This document shows positions 44,981 through 51,120 of a stretch of DNA of 51,120 nucleotides, piece by piece. The notes beneath the pieces are model-generated. The model did no database searches, was not told where the DNA came from, and worked only from the letters and a program-made list of their open reading frames with translations. Origin of the DNA: a virus (lineage: Duplodnaviria > Caudoviricetes); IMG/VR virus record IMGVR_UViG_3300038797_000035, positions 1 through 51,120 of that record, one strand, 5' to 3'. Made by a program: the position numbers and the translations under genes. Positions within the stretch are counted from its first letter, which is position 1; every line of letters starts with the position of its first letter.

Positions 44981-46885
44981 ATGATGCATACCAACCAAAA
45001 ATATAGGGCTGATATCGACGGACTTCGGGCAATTGCTGTTCTTTCCGTCGTTATTTATCACGCATTTCCAAATCTTCTGCCAGGCGGATTTATTGGCGTT
45101 GACGTCTTTTTCGTGATTTCAGGGTATCTGATTACCGGTATCTTGCTTAAAGAGCTCGAAGCTGGATCCTTCAGCATCATCAAATTCTATATAAGGCGGA
45201 TAAGGCGGATATTTCCGGCCCTCCTGCTGGTCCTGGCAACTAGCGTTTTAGTTGGTTGGTATATTCTTTTTGACGATGAATACAGGCAACTGGGTAAGCA
45301 TGTCTTTGCTGGGGCCGGTTTCGTTTCTAATATCGCTCTTTGGCGGGAGGTCGGATACTTCGATACGCTGGCCGAGTCCAAGCCATTGCTTCATCTTTGG
45401 AGTCTCGGAATTGAAGAGCAGTTTTATCTTTTTTGGCCGATAGCCTTGTTGGTTGGCTTTCGGCACAAGAAGGTGGCGATTTTGGTTTTTCCGCTATTAA
45501 TTATCCTTTCGATTTATAACAGCTACATCAAGGTTTTCAGTGATCCAACAGCCGCTTTTTACTCCCCGGTCACAAGGTTTTGGGAGCTTGCTGTAGGCGG
45601 CGCTCTCGCGTACATGCATGTGCACAGAGACGCTGTATTAGTGAAACGATGGGTATCCGAACTTAGTTCGTATTTTGGTGTTATGTTATTGGCTGTAGGG
45701 TTTTTTCTGATCGATAAAACTAGGTCGTTCCCTGGGCTTTGGGCGGCTCTTCCCGTCGGAGCTGCTTTACTTTTTATAGGTCCAGCCCAAAGCTCTTGGT
45801 TGAACCAGCGAGTCTTATCTAGTAGGCCGGCTGTTTTCATAGGACTTATAAGTTTTCCGCTCTACCTATGGCACTGGCCGATTATGTCCTTGTCCACCAT
45901 TGCGTCAGTTCAGTTCGAAACCACTTGGTACCGCCTGGGGGCCATCGCGTTGTCTTGCGCACTCGCCTGGACTACCTACAAGATCGTAGAAGGTCCAGTG
46001 CGGAGGTCAAGAACAAATACAAGCACGGCGGTGATGGCCGTGATGATGGTTGCGATTGGCGGCGCTGGACTAGCTCTATATAATGGAGCGTTACTTGATA
46101 GGCGAAATGTAGAATCAATGGCTCAAGATGTTGGGCATACGAAATTTTTCGATTATATGAAAGATAATTATTTTTCATGCGCCGATGAGCGGATAATGTC
46201 TCTTTCTCTTACTTATGAAGGATATACGAGATGTATCCAATCTAAGAAAGATAGGGGTGTTGATGTAGCTTTAATTGGCGATAGCCATGCTGAACACCTA
46301 TTTATCGGAATGGCGCAGTCGATGGTGGATCTCAATGTTGCCTACTACATCCAGGCAAGCCCACCTTACCTGAGTAATCCGAGCTTTAAATATATTTTTG
46401 ATTTTGTTAAGGAAAACAAATCAATCAAAAAGGTATTGATAACAATGCACTGGATTCAACGGATGCACGAAATCCCTGCAGGGTCCACAATTGAGGAAGA
46501 GGTATTCTCAACAGTTGAATATTTGGAGTCTCTTGGTAAAGAAGTTTATCTTATTGATGACGTTCCACGATTCCCTTTCGGCCCTAAAGATTGCGTGAGT
46601 CGAATCGGTAACAGTGCTGAAGATTGTTCAATGCCTATCGCAGAGGCTCACAAAGAGCTTTACGCATACAAGAGTCAGCTGCTTAATGTTTTGAAGCGTG
46701 ATACTCGCGTTAAATACGTCCCTCTGAGCCAGTATCTTTGCAACTCAGACAGGTGCGGAATGATTATGGGCGACAAGCTTCTCTATCGTGACAATAATCA
46801 TCTAAACCTTAATGGATCGTCCATGGTTGGCAAGCTCATTACACGCGACAACCCAGGTATTCTTCGTGGATTTGGCGGAAGCTAA
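44981..46885 (+). CDS. OafA-type acyltransferase (Acyl_transf_3 + SGNH), probable O-antigen/surface polysaccharide acetylase
   Basis: DIDGLRAIAV, GVDVFFVISGYLIT, RRIFP, HLWSLGIEEQFY; SGNH motifs GDSHA and DNNH; AT-rich. Confidence 0.92.
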   Translation: MMHTNQKYRADIDGLRAIAVLSVVIYHAFPNLLPGGFIGVDVFFVISGYLITGILLKELEAGSFSIIKFYIRRIRRIFPALLLVLATSVLVGWYILFDDEYRQLGKHVFAGAGFVSNIALWREVGYFDTLAESKPLLHLWSLGIEEQFYLFWPIALLVGFRHKKVAILVFPLLIILSIYNSYIKVFSDPTAAFYSPVTRFWELAVGGALAYMHVHRDAVLVKRWVSELSSYFGVMLLAVGFFLIDKTRSFPGLWAALPVGAALLFIGPAQSSWLNQRVLSSRPAVFIGLISFPLYLWHWPIMSLSTIASVQFETTWYRLGAIALSCALAWTTYKIVEGPVRRSRTNTSTAVMAVMMVAIGGAGLALYNGALLDRRNVESMAQDVGHTKFFDYMKDNYFSCADERIMSLSLTYEGYTRCIQSKKDRGVDVALIGDSHAEHLFIGMAQSMVDLNVAYYIQASPPYLSNPSFKYIFDFVKENKSIKKVLITMHWIQRMHEIPAGSTIEEEVFSTVEYLESLGKEVYLIDDVPRFPFGPKDCVSRIGNSAEDCSMPIAEAHKELYAYKSQLLNVLKRDTRVKYVPLSQYLCNSDRCGMIMGDKLLYRDNNHLNLNGSSMVGKLITRDNPGILRGFGGS

Positions 46886-46905
46886 TTTTCACCATTTATT
46901 AAATT

Positions 46906-46928
46906 AAACCCGCTTCGGCGGGTTTTTT
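46906..46928 (+). terminator. Rho-independent terminator
   Basis: AAACCCGC-TTCG-GCGGGTTTTTT. Confidence 0.9.
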
Positions 46929-46946
46929 ATTGCCAGGAGACAAGTG

Positions 46947-47372
46947 ATGACAGTCACTGACAAAGATCGCGACATCCTCGCCCGCACACTGTGGGGCGAG
47001 GCTCGCGGCGAAAGCTTAGCCGGACAGATCGCCGTTGCCTGGACGGTTCGCAACCGCGTGGAGGATGGCAAAGCATCATCTTGGTGGGGCGAGGGTTACG
47101 CGGGTGTTTGCCAGAAACCCTACCAGTTCAGTTGCTGGAACAAGAGCGACCCGAACTACGCCTTTCTGATCGGCATAAAGCAGATCCCGTTTCGCGAGCT
47201 TGCGCAGGCGCGTATCGCCGCCGACCAGGTGATCGATGGGAAGGTGCCCGATCCCACCGGCGGCGCCACGCACTATTACGCGACCAGCATGCCGAAGCCA
47301 CCTATCTGGGTGAAAGGCGCCAAAGAGACATTGCGGCTTGGCCATCACATCTTCTTCAAGGATGTGCCTTGA
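46947..47372 (+). CDS. Endolysin (SleB/Hydrolase_2 family)
   Basis: LARTLWGEARGE...VRNR...YQFSCWN...DPTGGATHY...HIF. Confidence 0.9.
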   Translation: MTVTDKDRDILARTLWGEARGESLAGQIAVAWTVRNRVEDGKASSWWGEGYAGVCQKPYQFSCWNKSDPNYAFLIGIKQIPFRELAQARIAADQVIDGKVPDPTGGATHYYATSMPKPPIWVKGAKETLRLGHHIFFKDVP

Positions 47373-47884
47373 GCCCGCTGGCGTGGAAGGTTGTTGGTGC
47401 ACTGGCGCTGGTGATGCTCGGGGCCGTTAGTGCCTGGACGGTTCAGGGCTGGCGATACGGTGCCCAGCTCGCCGATCAGTCGCGGTTGCACACCGACACC
47501 CTCAATCAGTTGGCCATGGTCGGCGCCGCTGCGCAGAAGGCCGAGCAGGACAAACGCCTGGCGCTCGAGCAGCGCCTGGCGGCCAGCGACAAATCCCACC
47601 ATGAGACTTTGACCAATGCCCAAAAAGACCAAGCTCGCCTGCGCGATCGCCTTGCCACTTCTGATCTTCGGCTGTCAGTCGTCCTCGCCAAGGGTTCAGC
47701 CGGTGGCTGTTCAGTGCCTGCCGCCACCGGCGCCTGCGGCGTGGTTCATGGAGCCGTTCGTGCCGAACTTGACCCAGCGCATGCTCAACGAATTGTCGCC
47801 ATCACCGATGAAGGCGACCGAGGATTGATCGCGTTGGCTGCGTGCCAGGCTTACGTTCGGGCGCTCGTGCCTGCGATCAAATGA
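47369..47884 (+). CDS. rz: i-spanin (Rz)
   Basis: TTG start; N-terminal TM, coiled coil, LRLSV, GLIALAACQAYV. Confidence 0.85.
   Translation: MSPLAWKVVGALALVMLGAVSAWTVQGWRYGAQLADQSRLHTDTLNQLAMVGAAAQKAEQDKRLALEQRLAASDKSHHETLTNAQKDQARLRDRLATSDLRLSVVLAKGSAGGCSVPAATGACGVVHGAVRAELDPAHAQRIVAITDEGDRGLIALAACQAYVRALVPAIK
47616..47828 (+). CDS. rz1: o-spanin lipoprotein (Rz1), nested in rz
   Basis: Lipobox LIFG-C; Pro-rich; different frame within rz. Confidence 0.85.
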   Translation: MPKKTKLACAIALPLLIFGCQSSSPRVQPVAVQCLPPPAPAAWFMEPFVPNLTQRMLNELSPSPMKATED

Positions 47885-48224
47885 CTGTTTTCGTCTGGGG
47901 CATCAGGCCTTCAAGCATCTTGCGCAGGCGATCGGCTTCGCGTTGATGACCCCTTGCCGATATGTCCAGGTCGTAAAGCTGCTTGCGTAGCTTGGCCGAC
48001 TCGCCAGATCGCTCCCGCAAATTTGCCATGGCTTCATCGCGCTGTCTGATCGCCTCGGTGTGCATCTCGACAAGCTTGAAGATCTTTTCTCGAGCCTGGC
48101 GCAGTTGCAGGGTCAGCTCCTGGACTTCGTTCTCATAGATGCGCAACGAGTGTCGGCATGTTTCGAGCGGCGTTGGGCTGCCGAGCCAGTCGTCGGTATC
48201 TTCTATTTCATGAGGGTCCATCAT
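47877..48224 (-). CDS. SOS-regulated coiled-coil hypothetical protein
   Basis: LexA box 16 bp upstream. Confidence 0.75.
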   Translation of the reverse strand: MMDPHEIEDTDDWLGSPTPLETCRHSLRIYENEVQELTLQLRQAREKIFKLVEMHTEAIRQRDEAMANLRERSGESAKLRKQLYDLDISARGHQREADRLRKMLEGLMPQTKTVI

Positions 48225-48239
48225 TGCGCCTTACTAATA

Positions 48240-48255
48240 CTGTTTAGATATACAG
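48240..48255 (-). promoter_or_regulatory. LexA (SOS) box
   Basis: TA-CTGTTTAGATATACAG-TA. Confidence 0.85.
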
Positions 48256-48301
48256 TAATCGAGGCGAAAGTTTTCGGCGAGGACCGCGCGACGAAGTGTT
48301 G

Positions 48302-48511
48302 TCACTCCGGCGTCATCATCACGGCGAGCGTCATCTTGATGAATTCCTCGTTCCGGTCGATTGCTTCGAGGGCTCCGCGCACGTTGTCGGCCACGTCAGC
48401 GGATCCGCGCTGCTCGACCCAGTTGGAAAGCTCCATGATGGCCGCTTCCAGGGCGAGCTGGTTTTCGTTGATCTTGAACAGCAGGGAAGGGAGTAGGTCT
48501 GAATTTGGCAT
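48302..48511 (-). CDS. Small conserved hypothetical protein
   Basis: GGAGG RBS; MPNSDLLPSLLFKINENQLALEAAIMEL. Confidence 0.7.
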   Translation of the reverse strand: MPNSDLLPSLLFKINENQLALEAAIMELSNWVEQRGSADVADNVRGALEAIDRNEEFIKMTLAVMMTPE

Positions 48512-48714
48512 GTGCGTTTCCTCCGTGGATCAAGGAAGCGTAGCACTGCGTTGAAAGGATATTTGACGGTCGGCAGAACGCCGTGGATGGGGTACTACTG
48601 TAGGAATATACAACGCTAAGTTATTGATTCTTATAGGGCGATGTCGCTGATTTGCACCCTATTTAAAACCCCTGTTTTTCCTTATGGATCAAGTGCTTGC
48701 GTACGTTTCGTGGT

Positions 48715-48731
48715 CACCTTGACATGGTGGG
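48715..48731 (+). other. tRNA-Val(GAC) anticodon-arm fragment; probable vestigial att core
   Basis: CACC-TTGACAT-GGTG-GG, preceded by IHF-consensus-like sites at 48617-48629 and 48687-48699. Confidence 0.55.
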
Positions 48732-48758
48732 CGCCTAGGCGCCCGCCTGTTCGGACAT

Positions 48759-49037
48759 TTACAGCGCGGTGTTCTTCACGTAGTACGAAATGTCTTCAGC
48801 GAGTTGGGCGAAGCTGTCGACGTCATCTTCGTGCGCCTTGGCATCATTTTCCCGGTATTCGCCCAGGCCAAGAATGATCGCCTCTCGGAAATTATCCACG
48901 GCAATGGGGGCTCCCAGTTTGTCGAATGCAGACTTGAGAGCCTTATGAAAGCGCTGCTCATCCAGGGCGTGGTCTGTGTGCCAGGTCTCTGGAGCGAGCC
49001 AAGGTTTCAGTGAGTTTTTCAGTTGTTCGATATCCAT
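48759..49037 (-). CDS. Hypothetical moron protein next to attR
   Basis: AAGGAG RBS; MDIEQLKNSLKPWLAPETWHTDHALDEQRFHKAL. Confidence 0.7.
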   Translation of the reverse strand: MDIEQLKNSLKPWLAPETWHTDHALDEQRFHKALKSAFDKLGAPIAVDNFREAIILGLGEYRENDAKAHEDDVDSFAQLAEDISYYVKNTAL

Positions 49038-49259
49038 TACATCTCCTTGAACCGACCCAAAATGACCGGCAGCGCCAAGGTGCCTGCTGGTGGGTTTAAT
49101 GGCAAGAAAGAGATAGTTCAGAATTAGCGCGTCATGCGCAAAACCTTTGCTGCAACCCATGGTTTACCGTTTGCATAAGCACAAAAAAACGGGTTTTTTG
49201 CCAGCACCAAATAGGCCTGTTATCCTTATAAAACAATTGCTTGGGTCGCTACAGTCCCC

Positions 49260-49310
49260 AGCATGGGGTGCTAGGGGTCGAGTGTTCGAATCACTCCGTC
49301 CCGACCATAT
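49260..49310 (+). repeat. attR core (51 bp)
   Basis: Identical to 422-472. Confidence 0.97.
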
Positions 49311-49316
49311 AATTCA

Positions 49317-49351
49317 AAGGGTTGCGAGATTTTATCTCGCGACCCTTTTTT
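49317..49351 (+). terminator. Original tRNA-Pro terminator displaced to attR
   Basis: AAAGGGTTGCGAGAT-TTT-ATCTCGCGACCCTTTTTT. Confidence 0.8.
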
Positions 49352-49667
49352 ATTTGTCCGCGTTTTTACCCCCACAAAATGGCTGGCTCTGAGTGGATTT
49401 TTCGGATGTGTTACCAATATCGGATTTTGTCCTAGGGGCTTTTGGCAGGCGGATTGCTCTGGTCTACCTAGCGGCCATTCGATGATGGGATGAGAAATCA
49501 GTAACGACCAAAGGCTACGGCTCTCACTAGAAGAGCTATCATCCCGCCATCAGCTCAAGAGGGGCTCCCTGGCCGGCCAATTCCGGCACTCCCTTGGGCA
49601 TAACGACACGGATGGTTGCGCATGGACGACATCGTTCAGCCCCTCACGCCCCAAGAAGAAGTCCAGC

Positions 49668-49819
49668 TGTTGGCGCCTACGCCGAATTGCCCCAGTTGCT
49701 GAGATTTCACTGACCCTGTCTGACTCCTCGCGAATCCTTGTCTGTGCTGGATTTTTGAAGGTTTGGAGATGGGGCAGTCTTGCCTCGGCACGTGGGTCAA
49801 TTCAGCGTCGGCGTGAACA
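49668..49819. mobile_element. 152-bp IS21-like internally deleted element (MITE-like)
   Basis: Imperfect terminal inverted repeats TGTTGGCGCCTACGCCGAATTGCCCCA / TGTTCACGCCGACGCTGAATTGACCCA (22/27); TG...CA ends; no transposase. Confidence 0.6.
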
Positions 49820-50311
49820 GTTGGTGGAATGGCTGTCCGGATGGTCATGGAATCCCCACTGCCTATACAGCTTGGGTAACTGCCGCAAAGGGCGTCCAAG
49901 TAGACCCGATGCCAGCTCTTGATGGTCGACCGAATGACGTGTCGCTTTCTTCGGAAAAGTGAGCATTCATCGGTAGCTTTTGTTGATGCGCTTGGCGATT
50001 GGTTAGCCAGGCTTTCTAAGGCCAACTCGCGCATGCAGGTGGAGCGGGCTGCAAGGGGTGGCGGTCTTGGAAGGAGTATTAGGCATATCGGTTTCCTTTC
50101 GGTTTTTGTTACCCCGAGACTACTGCCGGACGTTTTGATGTCCAGCCAAAAGGCCCCCTGGAATTTCCATTTGCATGCAGGGCCTGCATCCGCGTCCCAG
50201 ACGAGACAATTGCAAGCTGACCCGTGGGCACGCCATTGTTTTCTGATCGTTGACGGAGGACACGGATCTGCATATACAGTCCATTCTTTCAATTTTTTGT
50301 TTCGGTAAGTC

Positions 50312-50470
50312 ATGAGCGAAGAACGAGATCTCCCGGAGCCAGAGCACGACCACCTACTTGACCATGAATTCCATGAGGACGAGGCATGGATCGAAGACGA
50401 CGCTCAAGCAGCTTTTGATGAAGAAGACGATGATGTTGATTTTCTTGATCAGATCGATCAGGAGGAATGA
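50312..50470 (+). CDS. 52-aa extremely acidic peptide (not in ORF track)
   Basis: MSEERDLPEPEHDHLLDHEFHEDEAWIEDDAQAAFDEEDDDVDFLDQIDQEE*. Confidence 0.5.
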   Translation: MSEERDLPEPEHDHLLDHEFHEDEAWIEDDAQAAFDEEDDDVDFLDQIDQEE

Positions 50471-50863
50471 CCCGAAGGGTCTACATGTTTCGAATCAAGC
50501 CCTGGCATCCGCCGGGGATCTTTTTATGCACGCGATTCACTCAGGCCCCTTCAATGACGGGGCTTTTTCATCTCGGCGGGCAGGGCTTGCAAATCGTCTC
50601 TGGACCATAGCGGGATTTCGCGCTGAGCGAGGCATTTCCCTAAACGATTGACCCTGTCGTTACTAGGGTTGCCGGGCAGCGAGATGGTTGTAGACAACAG
50701 TATTGTTCAAGGCTTGTCCTTCGCGTTGAGGAGACAGGAATGTAAAAGCCCGCGTGGAGAGCGCGGGCTAAAGCATCTATAAGGAGCGGGGATCAACTTG
50801 ATCTGTCATTTTCCAATAACAGGCCGCTGCCAGTCGGTAAACTTCATGGCAGACAGTTCCAGT

Positions 50864-51120
50864 TTATTTTGCCGCCTTCTCAATCAGCTCAGCTACGGCC
50901 TTTGGATTGGACACCATCACAACGTGTGAGCCACCCTTGACCACGACAGTTTGCTTGGAGTGCGCACGCTCAGCCATGAACGCCAGGGCCTGAGGTGGAA
51001 TGTTCTTGTCTTTATCGCCGTAAACAAACCACGATGGAACGGTTTTCCAGGCCGGCGTGGTGGCTGCTTCATTCAACGCAGCGACGGTGACGGGGCGCTG
51101 ACCAGCAGCCATCAGGCGAG
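50864..51120 (-). CDS. Alpha/beta hydrolase, C-terminal part (host gene, runs off window)
   Basis: PAWKTVPSWFVYGDKDKNIP...GGSHVVMVSNP (catalytic Asp/His region). Confidence 0.85.
   Translation of the reverse strand, partial: RLMAAGQRPVTVAALNEAATTPAWKTVPSWFVYGDKDKNIPPQALAFMAERAHSKQTVVVKGGSHVVMVSNPKAVAELIEKAAK

Larger units (their letters stand above)
422..49310. mobile_element. Temperate prophage (lambdoid early region, contractile-tail late region), ~48.9 kb, apparently intact
   Basis: Bounded by a 51-bp direct repeat; complete int-to-lysis gene set with no obvious broken core gene. Confidence 0.97.

Noticed and set aside
46991-47368. Long N-terminal extension of Rz (297-aa ORF)
   Set aside because: It overlaps the endolysin in another frame. 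The spanin begins at the TTG overlapping the endolysin stop.
49260-49310. Second tRNA-Pro gene
   Set aside because: Only the 3' half is present; it is the attR duplication.
50268-50279. Third LexA box (CTGCATATACAG)
   Set aside because: The spacing is 4 bp too short for CTG-N10-CAG.
49636-50353. ORFs right of attR (49636-50313, 49919-50308, 50120-50353)
   Set aside because: No recognisable motifs; they overlap the IS remnant and look like degenerate intergenic sequence.

Overview
A complete-looking, ~48.9 kb temperate prophage (422-49310) in a Pseudomonas-like chromosome. It is integrated at the 3' half of tRNA-Pro(GGG), downstream of a MerR-family gene, and is bounded by an exact 51-bp direct repeat (attL/attR). 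The early region is lambdoid: int/xis, a leftward operon with HNH nuclease, C5 DNA methyltransferase and YqaJ/Bet recombination genes, a CI/Cro switch, Rha-antirepressor, replication initiator with iterons plus DnaC-like loader, NinB/NinG and a Q-position gene. The late region has a PBSX-type terminase, DUF1073/DUF2213/DUF2184 head genes and a short contractile (myovirus) tail. Lysis genes are split: the holin lies before the terminase, and the endolysin and Rz/Rz1 lie after the tail. Morons include an OafA-type acyltransferase, two LexA-box genes and membrane or secreted proteins. The most unusual signals are non-coding: (i) ~600 nt of tandem, highly structured RNA cassettes in the pL transcript, one of them tRNA-like with complementary loops; (ii) a ~200-nt pseudoknotted element in the late leader; (iii) an unexplained bipartite palindrome, CGCGACACGTTT-N16/17-GTGTCGCG, present three times; (iv) a vestigial tRNA-Val-type att site inside the right end. 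Also seen: a -1 frameshift in the tail chaperone gene, a nested scaffold start, a stand-alone FtsK-gamma domain and a hub-transglycosylase fusion followed by a secreted moron. All family names come from motif recognition and synteny; no database searches or folding programs were run.
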